From the NCBI GenBank assembly GCA_902796245.1, contig CADBOK010000018.1, forward strand, positions 1 through 35,804: a stretch of 35,804 bases of DNA, given 5' to 3'. This document shows, piece after piece, positions 1 through 8,949 of the stretch; position 1 is the first letter of the stretch; the number at the start of each line of letters is the position of its first letter. The translations under genes were made by a program, and so were the position numbers. Under the pieces are notes generated by a model, which was not told where the DNA came from, made no database searches, and saw only the letters and a list, made by a program, of their open reading frames with translations. The stretch is from Oscillospiraceae bacterium. GTDB lineage: Bacteria > Bacillota > Clostridia > Oscillospirales > Oscillospiraceae.

Positions 1-92
1 ATATCGGTATTATACGGGAAGCACCAATGCTTTTTTACGCGCGGACATGTTTTTTTTGATATGTTGGTTCGGTTCCGTTCATGTTGGAAGCC

Positions 93-986
93 TTAGACAG
101 ACGCTTTATGTTCCCGCACAAACTGCACAAACCCAGATTCGATCTCGCTCATTGCATATTGCTTATGATATACCAGCGCGTTGAGATACAGGCTCTGGTT
201 GTCGGGGCAGGGGCGCTGGACCAGGTTCCAGCGCTGGATGTAATGCTCCGGAATGGCAGGGGCCAGCATATAGGCGTTCGGGATCGTTTCCAGAAGCGTC
301 ATCTGGGCCAGACGGTCGACGCAGTAAATCTTCCGGCGCACGGGCTCTTCGGGCTTGCCCTGCACGCGGAACACGTCTCCGTGGACGATCTCCGGCAGTC
401 CGTCGAGCTCCGTGCGCAGGACGGAGCTGTGGCCTGCGAGCGGATGCGACTGATTCATGGTGACAAGGTAGTGGTACTTTCCCAGAAGCTCGAAGCTTAA
501 GCCCCGGGCGCCGGTCTGCTCGTCAAAATAATCGCGGTATTCCGAGCGGAAGCGGATGACGCCGATCTCTGTCTCGCCGCTCGCGAGCGTTTCAAGCGCT
601 GTGCGCGCGTGGCACTCGCGGATGACGGCGTCGACCGGCTCCGCCTGCGGCAGCCCGGCCAGATACTGCGCTGTCAGATCCAGCATGGCCGCCGAGCGCG
701 GGATGCACACGCGCAGCCGGTTTGCCACGGCCCGCTTGGGGCCGAGGGCCTCGATGGCCTCCGTCTCGCGCAGGATGGATTTCGCGTGCTGCAGAAAGAT
801 TGTGCCGCGCGTTGTGGGCCGGACGCCGCGCGTGGAGCGCTCGAAAATGCGGAAGCCCAGCATCTGCTCCACATCGTGCAGGATACGGCTGAGATTCGGC
901 TGGCCGATAAACAGATTTTCCGCCGCCTGTGAGATCGACCGGGTGCGCTCGATCTCAATGATGTACTGCAAATGCTGTGTGTTCAT
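93..986 (-). CDS. LysR-family transcriptional regulator
   Basis: N-terminal LysR HTH (MNTQHLQYIIEIERTRSISQAAENLFIGQPNLSR...FERSTRGVRPT), ~297 aa. ATG 986 chosen for spacing from SD-like AAGGTGG (994-1000); ATG 992 is the alternative. Confidence 0.92.
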   Translation of the reverse strand: MNTQHLQYIIEIERTRSISQAAENLFIGQPNLSRILHDVEQMLGFRIFERSTRGVRPTTRGTIFLQHAKSILRETEAIEALGPKRAVANRLRVCIPRSAAMLDLTAQYLAGLPQAEPVDAVIRECHARTALETLASGETEIGVIRFRSEYRDYFDEQTGARGLSFELLGKYHYLVTMNQSHPLAGHSSVLRTELDGLPEIVHGDVFRVQGKPEEPVRRKIYCVDRLAQMTLLETIPNAYMLAPAIPEHYIQRWNLVQRPCPDNQSLYLNALVYHKQYAMSEIESGFVQFVREHKASV

Positions 987-1076
987 AGTCATACCACCTT
1001 CTGCTTTATATCAATTCTAATATATCACTTTTTTCGCTGTTTTGCAATGCAGGACATACCAGCGCTCTGCACAAAA

Positions 1077-2312
1077 TCATATACCCTTTTTTGGCATGTC
1101 TTGATGTTTTTCGCGCCCGGGCAGCATGGGAAGCTCGGCAAAGAAGGTATTGACGCCTGCCGCACTTTCTGCCCAGACGCTGCCGCCGTGTGTCTGCACG
1201 ATGGCCTGCGCGATGGAAAGGCCAAGCCCAAAGCTGCCGTCGCGCGTCCGCGCGGCATCGGCGCGGGAAAAGCGGTCAAAGATCTGCCGCAGCGTCTGCG
1301 CAGACAGCGCCGCGCCCTCGTTCGAGACGGACAGGCGGCAGCGGCTCTTCCCATACCGCGACAGGCGGACGGCGACCGTGCCGCCGGAGGCGTATTTCCG
1401 GGCGTTGTCAAGATAAATCTCCACCAGCTGGCTGAGCTGCCGCTCGTCGCCGCTGACGGCGATATCCGGTTCTAATTCTGTCTGCAGTGTCAGCCCGCGC
1501 TCAAACAGCGCAGCCTCAAATAAGAGCGCGCTGCTCTCGGTGATCTGACTGAAATCGCACGGCGCGAACAAATGCGCCGCCTGCTCATTCTCGGCCCGCG
1601 CCAGCTCCAGAAGCCGTTCGACAAGCGCGCGCATCTGCTTTGCCATGGCGTCGATGCCGGAGAGGAAGGTCTGCTTCTGCGCCGCGTCATAGTCCGGGCT
1701 CTGCAAAAGCTCCGTATTGGTCAGGATGACGGTCAGCGGCGTTTTGAGTTCGTGCGAAGCGTCGGCGACGAACTGCTTCTGCTGCCGCCAGGCCTCCTCT
1801 ACCGGCCTGACCGCGCTGCGCGCCAGCAGCACTGCGAGGCCGAAGAACGCAAGCAGGCCGAGTGCACCGAGCAGCACGCCGTTTTTCACAAGCGTGCGCA
1901 GTGTCTGCTGCTCGCTGGAAATGTCCGCGAAGATCACGCTGCCGGTCACGCGGCAGTAGCGCAGGCTGTATTCCGGGATCTCGCCGATGGCGTCCTGCGA
2001 GGCCTGCGCCGCGGCTGCGACCATCCGCAGAAACGTCCGGTCGGTCAGATCGTAATCACTCGACCCGATAGCGACCAGATTGCCGAACGCATCGGTCTGC
2101 AGCACGAAATACGGCAGGCGCACCTGCTGCGGCTCACGCTCCGGCTGGACAGGAGAGAAGGGATCGGCCGCGATGGCCTGCATCATGCTGATCGACTGGG
2201 TGCGCAGGTTCCGCTTCGTCAGCGTATAGAAAAGCCCGACAATCGCGCCGAGCATGACGGCGGCAACGAGCACGATCGCAAGAATGATCTTCAGACGCAG
2301 TTTTTTCAACAT
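1077..2312 (-). CDS. Two-component sensor histidine kinase
   Basis: Two TM segments, H-box FVADASHELKTPL, N-box LDNARKY, F/G boxes IFDRFSR and GSFGLGLSIA. Overlaps the stop of the upstream response regulator. Confidence 0.95.
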   Translation of the reverse strand: MLKKLRLKIILAIVLVAAVMLGAIVGLFYTLTKRNLRTQSISMMQAIAADPFSPVQPEREPQQVRLPYFVLQTDAFGNLVAIGSSDYDLTDRTFLRMVAAAAQASQDAIGEIPEYSLRYCRVTGSVIFADISSEQQTLRTLVKNGVLLGALGLLAFFGLAVLLARSAVRPVEEAWRQQKQFVADASHELKTPLTVILTNTELLQSPDYDAAQKQTFLSGIDAMAKQMRALVERLLELARAENEQAAHLFAPCDFSQITESSALLFEAALFERGLTLQTELEPDIAVSGDERQLSQLVEIYLDNARKYASGGTVAVRLSRYGKSRCRLSVSNEGAALSAQTLRQIFDRFSRADAARTRDGSFGLGLSIAQAIVQTHGGSVWAESAAGVNTFFAELPMLPGREKHQDMPKKGI

Positions 2313-2983
2313 GTCTCGTCGACCTCCAGATGATAGCCCAGCCGCCGCACGGCCTCAATGCGCACGTTTGACCCGATGGCCGCGAGCTTTTTGCGCAGAA
2401 AGCCGACATAGACCTCCACGTGGTTCTCCACCGCGTTCGAGTCAAAGCCCCAGACTTTGGATAAAATGGCTTCCTTGGACACATTCTGCCCCTTGAGCTG
2501 CAGAAGATACCGCATGACGTCGAATTCCCGCGCCGACAGCCGCAGCTGCCGCCCGCCGCAGAGCAGCGTCCCGGAGGCCAGATCGAGCGTCGTGTTGCCG
2601 AGCGAGAGCGCGTTGACCTCCGCGCCCTGCCGCCGGAGCAGCGCGCCGACGCAGGCCAGCAGCTCCCGCGCGTCAAAGGGCTTGGTGAGATAATAATCCG
2701 CGCCCGCGTTCAGCCCCTCGATGCGGTCCTCGAGCGACGACTTTGCCGTCAGCATCAGAATCGGCGTCCCGCAGCGCTTCGCGCGCACCTGCCGCGCGAC
2801 CTGATAGCCGTCCATACCCGGCATCATCACGTCGAGAATCAGCAGATCGTATACGCCTGTCTCGGCGTATTCCGCGCCCGTCTGGCCGTCATGGACCGCC
2901 TCGACGGAAAAGCCCTTCCCCTCCAGCATGGCCCGCAACGAATCCGCCAGCAGGAGCTCGTCTTCAATGATCAGAATTTTCAT
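2306..2983 (-). CDS. OmpR-family response regulator
   Basis: MKILIIEDE...LLILDVMMPGMDG...PILMLTAK...GADYYLTKPF receiver domain plus winged helix (VEVYVGFLRKKL...IEAVRRLGY). ATG 2983 follows SD GAGGT. Confidence 0.95.
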   Translation of the reverse strand: MKILIIEDELLLADSLRAMLEGKGFSVEAVHDGQTGAEYAETGVYDLLILDVMMPGMDGYQVARQVRAKRCGTPILMLTAKSSLEDRIEGLNAGADYYLTKPFDARELLACVGALLRRQGAEVNALSLGNTTLDLASGTLLCGGRQLRLSAREFDVMRYLLQLKGQNVSKEAILSKVWGFDSNAVENHVEVYVGFLRKKLAAIGSNVRIEAVRRLGYHLEVDETC

Positions 2984-3016
2984 ATCATAATACCTCATCA
3001 GGTTTACGCCGCACGA

Positions 3017-3190
3017 AGCCTCCTCTTGCCATGCCCCGCATGGTAAGGGGAGGTGGCATTTGCAAAGCAAATGACGGAGGGGATCTGCGGCAAGGTTCGA
3101 AGTACTCTGAAATTTGTGACGTTCGAATCCCCTCAGGCCCTTCGGGCCAGCGTCCCTACCCCTTTTGGCCCCTTGAGCCCAAGGGGAGCC
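3017..3190. repeat. Inverted pair of REP-like palindromic elements (GGGGAG/CTCCCC family)
   Basis: Left unit AGCCTCCTCTTGCCATG..CATGGTAAGGGGGAGGTGGCATTTGCAAAGCAAATGACGGAGGGGAT. Right unit CCCCTCAGGCCCTTCGGGCCAGC...CCCTTGAGCCCAAGGGGAGCC resembles copies at 16887, 35243 and 35701. Confidence 0.7.
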
Positions 3191-3213
3191 TTTGGTGTGT
3201 CCTATCCTTATCA

Positions 3214-3242
3214 ACTATATTCGTTTTGTTACCGCTTTTCAA
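3214..3242 (-). promoter_or_regulatory. Putative sigmaA promoter of the response regulator-kinase operon
   Basis: TTGAAA (3242-3237), 17 bp, TATAGT (3219-3214) on the minus strand. Confidence 0.55.
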
Positions 3243-3254
3243 GAAAAACCGCAG

Positions 3255-3287
3255 AAAAATGTCTCCCGGCTGTGTGGCCGGGAGACA
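3255..3287 (-). terminator. Intrinsic terminator after the SLH gene
   Basis: 11-bp stem TGTCTCCCGGC/GCCGGGAGACA followed by a T-run on the minus strand, just after the stop at 3302. Confidence 0.8.
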
Positions 3288-3301
3288 GGGGAGACGTATG
3301 C

Positions 3302-5116
3302 TTATGCCTTTGCGCTCTGCGCGGCGGTGAAGCGGTTCAGGATGGCTGCGAACTGGCAGCGGGTGGCGGTGCCGGTGGGCAGGAGCTTGCCGTCGGTGCC
3401 ATTGATGAAGCCCTGGCCGACGGCCCACTGCATGGCGGGAACAGCGTAGCCGCTGACGGTGTCATGATCCGCGAAGCTGGAGAGGTTCTCGGAGAGCGTG
3501 ACGGCGTCCATGCCCTGATAGACGGCGTAGTTGAACAGGAACTTTGCGAGCTGCTCACGGGTGACGGCCTTGTTGGGCTCGAAGGTCGTGGCGGAGGTGC
3601 CGCTGGCGATCTCGTTTTTGGCTGCCCATGCGACGGCTGCTTCATAGTAGCTGCCGGAGGCGACGTCGGTGAAGGCGGCCTTCTCGGTCACCTCGGGGCT
3701 GCCTGCGAGACGGTAGAGCGTTGCGACGACCATGGCGCGGGTCATGGGCGTATCCGGGGAGAAGGCTCCGTTCCCGGTTCCGGTCATGAGTCCCGCGTCC
3801 GTGCAGAACAGAACGTCCTGCTGGCAGACGGCCTCGGTATGAATGTCCGCAAAGCCGGAAGCGGCCAGCAGCGTCACGCCGGACTGCTGCGAAACCGTCT
3901 CAAGCGCGTCGAGTCCTGCGGTCTGCGAGACGGTCTTCGCGCTGCTTCCGCTGTGGCCGGAGGCATAGAGGCCGCAGTTTGTGAGCGATACGCTGCCGAG
4001 CACCGCGTGGACGGACCTCTCAGACTCCACGCGCACGGTGCAGCCGGTCATGTTGATCGTATCCGCTGACAGAACGGCGACGTTGTCGCTGTCCGTGCGG
4101 CCGAAGAAGGAGGCGTTCGTCATGGTCAGCGCCGCGCCGCTTGCGCAGAACGCGCCGCCGTCAAAGCCGAGCTTGTCGGACTTGAACACGGAGATCGTGC
4201 AGTCCGCAATGGAAATTTTACTCGTTTCTGCGCCCATAAAGGCAGCGTTGTTGACCAGCGCCTGCAAGGCAAGACTGCCGGAGCCGCAGATCGTCAGATC
4301 GCCGCCGCAGCTTACGGTCGGGCAGGCGTTCCCGGATGCGTCGGCGCAGCCGGTCAGCCGGTTTTCGCCCAGAAGCGTGAGCGTATTGCCGCCCGCGAGG
4401 GACAAAAGCGTCCTGTCACCCGTGATGTGCACATCCTGCAGCGTCAGCTTCGTGCCTGTTTCAACGGTGAGCGTGAGATTGTCAAAGTCTCCGCTGCCGG
4501 AATCGAGGCCGATGAGCGTCACGTCAAGCCCGCCCGCAATGCGAATTTCGCCGCTGGCCAGCCACGGAATGAAATACGTGCCGGATTTTGTGACGGCTCC
4601 GCCGGAGACGAGGTTCTGCCGGTAGACGGCGGTGATGGTCATATCGCGGCCCGTCGGCGTGAACGCGGGCCAGGCGGCGGTATAGCCGTCCACCTGCGGC
4701 AGCGCCGGGGCATTGACGGTCTTGTCGCCCTTCTTGCCTGTCACCGTCCCGACGGTTTCGCCGTTGGCGCGGAACGTAACGGTAAAGCTGTCCGGGAGCG
4801 CTGCGTCCTGCGGCGCGTCCTTCGGCGTGTAGTCCGGGCAGACGTCCTTTACTTCCTGCTCCGCGACCTTGCCGGTTCTGCCGAGCTTGGGAAGCGCGCT
4901 GTCTGCCGCTGTGCAGCCGCCCCAGATGAGGTTCTGCGCGTTGCCGACGACAGAGCCGGTCGAGACACGGGCGCCGGTATTGGCCGAAGACACGGAGGCC
5001 TCGTTTTTGCAGGCCAGGATCTTTGTCTTGCTGCGCGCGGTCGTATAGCCCGCGACGCCGCCGGTATAGCGGTCCGCGCCGGCCACAGCGCCGTAATTCG
5101 CGCACTGCGTCATCAC
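3302..5116 (-). pseudogene. C-terminal fragment of a large S-layer-homology (SLH) surface protein
   Basis: Three C-terminal SLH repeats (FSPDTPMTRAM, FEPNKAVTREQ, LLPTGTATRCQ) and GLUG-like/beta-helix repeats (CANYGAV..TGGVAG). No signal peptide; it begins mid-repeat, out of frame with the upstream fragment. Confidence 0.75.
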
Positions 5117-6219
5117 GCCCGCAAGACGACCGGGCCGCTGCCTGTGACGGTATACGTTCCGTCCGCGTTTTTCTCCGCGCCGGAGACGGAGAACTGATAG
5201 CCCTCGCGGTATTCCAGCGCGCCGTCCGCCGGGATGGCGTCGGCGTAGGAATGCGTCTGCAATGTGAGGATATTGCCCTCAAGCACGGTGTCGCCGGTGT
5301 GCAGTGCTTCGCGCTCGACGTATTCCATGCCGTCTGCCGTCAGCTGATAGCCGGTTCGCGCGGCGGCGAGATAAAAAGCGCCGTATTCCGGAACGGTGAC
5401 GGACGCAGTCTTGACCTTCTGGAAGACGGCGGCCAGCTCCGTATCGCCGGTCACAGTGTAATAATCGCCGAGAATCTGGCTGCCGTTCGCCGTGAAATAC
5501 GCCAGACGGTAGCCCGCGGCGGGCTGCGCCGCGAGGGAAACAGAGGTGCCGAAGCGGACGGCGCCGGTTTGACTGACAGTAAACGCGCCGTTGGCTGCGG
5601 AGGCCTGCGTCAGTTGGCAGTCCGTGCCCTTTTGCCCGTTTTCAAACCACAGGATCGGGTAGCCGTCGTTTTTCCCGGCAGCATCCTGCGCGAAGACCGC
5701 GCCGTTGGTGTTGAGCGCGGTAAGGACAGCCTCTGATTGCAGCGTTTTCTGGTCAGCTGCCGTCACGTCGACGGTAATTCTGCGGCTCGTGCCCATATAG
5801 TAGCCGTTCGAGGCAGGATCGTCGTCGCTGCCGGATAAGTACCAGCAGCCCGCCACGGTATAGCTTCCTGTATCATGTCCGCCGATGCCCCGGCCATACT
5901 GCGCGCCGTTCGTGTCGATCTTCCCGGCGCTGTAGCAGTTGTAAACGTCCATGCCCTCGTTCGAGCCGAGAATGCCGCCCGCGGGGCAGGTATAGGTCGT
6001 TGAGACGCTGCCGGTATTGTAGCAGCTGCGAATCGTTCCCTTGCCCCAGGCCGAGCCGACGATGCCGCCGACGCCCTTGGAGTCGGTGTTTTTGATGTCC
6101 GCGCGGTTGCCGCAGTTCTCAATCACAACGCCGTTCGAGGTTTCACCGACCCGGCCGACGATGCCGCCGACCATGCGGCGGGCGTAGATCCAGCCGGAGC
6201 CCAGCACCAGATTGCGCAC
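5113..6219 (-). pseudogene. Internal fragment of a large surface protein (GLUG-like repeats, beta-sandwich repeat)
   Basis: VGGIVG, CYNTGSV and AGGILG repeats; no signal peptide. In frame with the upstream ORF across a single TGA at 6229-6231. Confidence 0.7.
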
Positions 6220-6228
6220 GGCGGGCTG

Positions 6229-7440
6229 TCAGCCGGTTTCGAATTCCGCCTCGGATCTTTCGCCGCTCACGCCGACCAGCATGACGTTGTCGACCTTTTT
6301 GCTGACGAGATAGGCCGTGTTTCCGACGATCTTCTTCGCCGTGGGGTCTGCCATGCCGTTGACAAGCGCGGCCAGACCCGCGAGCTTTGCGGGCGTGTCG
6401 ATCTCATATTCCGTCTTCGCCGGGTCGTACCACGAAATGTCCACCGTGCCGTCCCACGCATCGGACGCAGCCCGCGCCTCAAACGGCAGCACACTCAGCG
6501 CCAGCGCCGCGTATACGGGCCATGTTTTCTGCGCGGCCTTTTCCGGCAGGACGAGCTGGACGCTTCCGTCCTGCATGCCCTCGCCTGCGGTCGTGCCGTT
6601 TTCTCCCGTGGAGACGGCGCCGCCGGAGAGAATATAAACGCTGCGCGCGTCGACCGGCTCCGTGACCGGTACCGCCTCTGCTTCCTCGGGCTTCGGCAGG
6701 TCGAGCGTACCGGAGGCGGCTTCGCCGCCGGGCTCTGTGCCGGTTCCGGACGTGCTTCCCGTGCCGGACGCGCCGCCGGAGCCGACGTGGACATTGACGC
6801 TCACGCTGGACTGCCCGAACGAGGCCGTGATGACCGCGTCACCCTCGGCGTTCACGTGCAGCCTTCCGTACTGGTCGACCGAGACGACCGACGGGTCGCT
6901 GGATACGTATTGAAGATTCTGCTGGACGTAATCGGTCAGCGCGTCGTCCTCCGCGTCGGCGGTCACATGCAGGGCATGGTCGCTGCCGACGATGAGATCG
7001 AGATTTTGTTCCTCGCTGGACAGAACCGGCGTGCCGGAGAATGTTACGAGGATCTTATAGACGTATTTGGCCGCCGAGCTGGTCGCGGCCTCTTCGGGGC
7101 TCTGCTGCCCGAAAAACAGGTGGAACCGGTTCCCGGTCGAAAACAGGCTCTCGTCGACATAGCTTTCAAAGTCAAAGCCGGACGTGTCCCACTCGGTGTA
7201 GTCTTCCAGCGCCAGCATCGGCTCGACCTGATACGCGCCGACCCACAGATCGTCGCCGCCGTACCAGTCGTCAAGCTCCTGCCAGGAAAATTTCGCCTTT
7301 TCGACGTATTCGTCCTCCGTCCAGCCAAAGTAGCCGATGCAGACCGAAATGGTATCCGTCACCGAATCGGCCAGCGCCGGAAGCGCCAGCGCCGCGCACA
7401 GCGCGAGCAGCAGCGCGCATTTTGTCAGAAGCCTTTTCAT
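6229..7440 (-). pseudogene. Secreted Ig-like (Big_2-type) protein apparently fused in frame to the N-terminus of the next surface-protein gene
   Basis: Signal peptide (..ALALPALA-D), Big_2-like motif (YVSSDPSVVSVDQYGRLHVNAEGDAVITASF) and G/S/T linker. Then a second signal-peptide-like end (ALSVLPFEARA-A) and a new mature N-terminus (DAWDGTVDISWYD..YEIDTPAKLAGLAALVNG). Confidence 0.6.
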
Positions 7441-8528
7441 GATGCGTCCTTCAGCGTGGAATTCGCGAGCATGGCCCGCGCCTCATCCGCGCTCAGATCG
7501 TAAGCCCAGAACAGCCGGAACATTTCCTGCGTCTTCTCCACCATATCATAGTCATAATACTGCGGATACAGAAGATTTCCCAGCCACCACACGCCCAGCA
7601 GCATGTTGAGGCTCGGGGGACCGGACAGCCAATTATACGGCATGGACGGGACCTCGTAATACCGTCCGGTCTGGATCGCACGCAGCGGCTGCCACGCTTC
7701 GTCGCCTGCCGCAGTCTGATAAATGCTGCCTGCCGCGAATAAGATCACGTCCGGGTCAAAGCGGTACAGCTGCTCGAGATTGATGGGGTTGCCGCCGCCC
7801 TTATTGCTGACGTCTTCGACCACGGCGGCGTTTTCAATGCCCATGAGGTCCAGCACCTGCGCCTGAATGGAGCCCTTCGCGTTCGTGTTGAGGCCGGACG
7901 AGCCGGAGGTGTACAGGACGGAAATGCGCTCGGAATCCTGAATGTTCGCGGCGTTTTCCTCCGCCATCGAGACGGTTTCCTCGACGAACGCCGCAAGCTC
8001 TTCCCCACGCGCTTCCTTGCCGCTCAGAATTTTTCCGAGCGTCCGGTACGCCTCGGCCATGTGCGGCAGATCTGCCTCGATGAAGATCACGGGCATGCCG
8101 ATCTGCCGCTGCAGCGCGTCCAGATCGGCGGCCATGTTGTCCTTTTTGTCGCCGAGATCAATGACGACCTGCACGTCGGAGGTCAGAATGGATTCCAGAT
8201 TCAGCGTCGACTTGCTGCCGTACATCTGGCCGGTCGTGGGCAGATCGATCAGGCGCGGGTCGAGATATTTGTACTGGCTGGAAGACGGCGTCGCGTTGAT
8301 GGTCGTCATATACTCAGGCGCGATGGTCGCCAGAAACATCGACGCGACCGCGCCGCTCGGGGCCACGCGCGTGAGCGTTTCGGGAATGTTGACCGTCCGG
8401 CCGAGGGAATCCGTAAAGGATACGGCCGGCTCTGCCGGAGCCGCCGTCTGCCCGGCGGCGCAGCCGGACAGGCTTCCGCACAGAAGCGCCAGCGCCAGCA
8501 GAAGCGCAAAAAACTTTTTATATCGCAT
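7437..8528 (-). CDS. ABC transporter substrate-binding lipoprotein, iron-siderophore/cobalamin (helical-backbone) class
   Basis: Lipobox LSGC after MRYKKFF and a hydrophobic stretch; motifs FTDSLGRTVNIP and INLEQLYRFDPDVIL. ATG 8528 follows GGAG; the stop overlaps the next ATG (ATGA). Confidence 0.88.
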   Translation of the reverse strand: MRYKKFFALLLALALLCGSLSGCAAGQTAAPAEPAVSFTDSLGRTVNIPETLTRVAPSGAVASMFLATIAPEYMTTINATPSSSQYKYLDPRLIDLPTTGQMYGSKSTLNLESILTSDVQVVIDLGDKKDNMAADLDALQRQIGMPVIFIEADLPHMAEAYRTLGKILSGKEARGEELAAFVEETVSMAEENAANIQDSERISVLYTSGSSGLNTNAKGSIQAQVLDLMGIENAAVVEDVSNKGGGNPINLEQLYRFDPDVILFAAGSIYQTAAGDEAWQPLRAIQTGRYYEVPSMPYNWLSGPPSLNMLLGVWWLGNLLYPQYYDYDMVEKTQEMFRLFWAYDLSADEARAMLANSTLKDAS

Positions 8529-8591
8529 GGTTATTCTCCAAAGAAAACAGCGTTTGGAACAACAATTCCAACAGGGTTCATCCCTGTTCGC

Positions 8592-8620
8592 ATTATACCA
8601 GCAGCCAGACGCGATTGCAA
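8592..8620 (-). promoter_or_regulatory. sigmaA promoter of the binding-protein/surface-protein operon
   Basis: TTGCAA (8620-8615), 17 bp, TATAAT (8597-8592), with extended -10 TG. Confidence 0.75.
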
Positions 8621-8674
8621 TGGAGCGTTTCGTAATTTCAAATAAAAAATGGAGAGATTCGGCATTACCGAACG

Positions 8675-8826
8675 CACAAGACCCCGCCGGGCGGCAGTGC
8701 CCGGCGGGGTCTTGTGGATGCGCGGCGCGGATGCAGAGAAAAGATGTCAGAAATGTCAGAAAGGATGACGAAGGTTGGAACGAACAAGTTCCGCAGACGC
8801 CCGCGCATGCCGCTGTCCGTTTCAGC
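8675..8826 (-). ncRNA. Candidate small RNA (~150 nt, CU-rich)
   Basis: Own promoter TTGCAG-17-TATCAT (8861-8833) with extended TG. Ends in a perfect 18-bp hairpin (8675-8716). No credible ORF inside. Confidence 0.45.
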
Positions 8827-8909
8827 AGGTTCATGATACCATCCGGCTGCTGTTTCTGCAAGCATTTTGTTCGACAAAAGTGAACAATTATACGACGATA
8901 TCGAAATAC

Positions 8910-8937
8910 AAAAAACCACCGGCATGGCCGGTGGTTT
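8910..8937 (-). terminator. Intrinsic terminator after the sortase-ending ORF
   Basis: Stem AAACCACCGGC-ATG-GCCGGTGGTTT with a T-run on the minus strand, ~12 nt after the stop at 8950. Confidence 0.8.
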
Positions 8938-8949
8938 CGTGAGATCGGT

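Noticed and set aside
2984-3214. 77-aa N-terminal extension of the response regulator in the ORF track
   Set aside because: It runs through REP-like palindromes; the family start MKILIIED at 2983 has its own SD.
6229-6231. TGA as selenocysteine or an alternative genetic code
   Set aside because: The context is not a redox Cys site, and TGA is the normal stop of several intact genes here (both ABC exporter subunits, ddl, nucleoside phosphorylase).
5110-6275. GGCGTGA near both the ~6270 and ~5120 junctions as a recombinase site
   Set aside because: A 7-mer expected by chance in GC-rich DNA, and absent from the other junctions.
8740-8772. Tandem ATGTCAGAAA repeats as a CRISPR or iteron array
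   Set aside because: Only two short abutting copies, no spacers, and no cas or rep gene.
8530-8880. Cobalamin, Moco or c-di-GMP riboswitch upstream of the binding protein
   Set aside because: No B12 box or other recognisable conserved riboswitch core, and the gene's promoter is only ~60 nt from its start codon.
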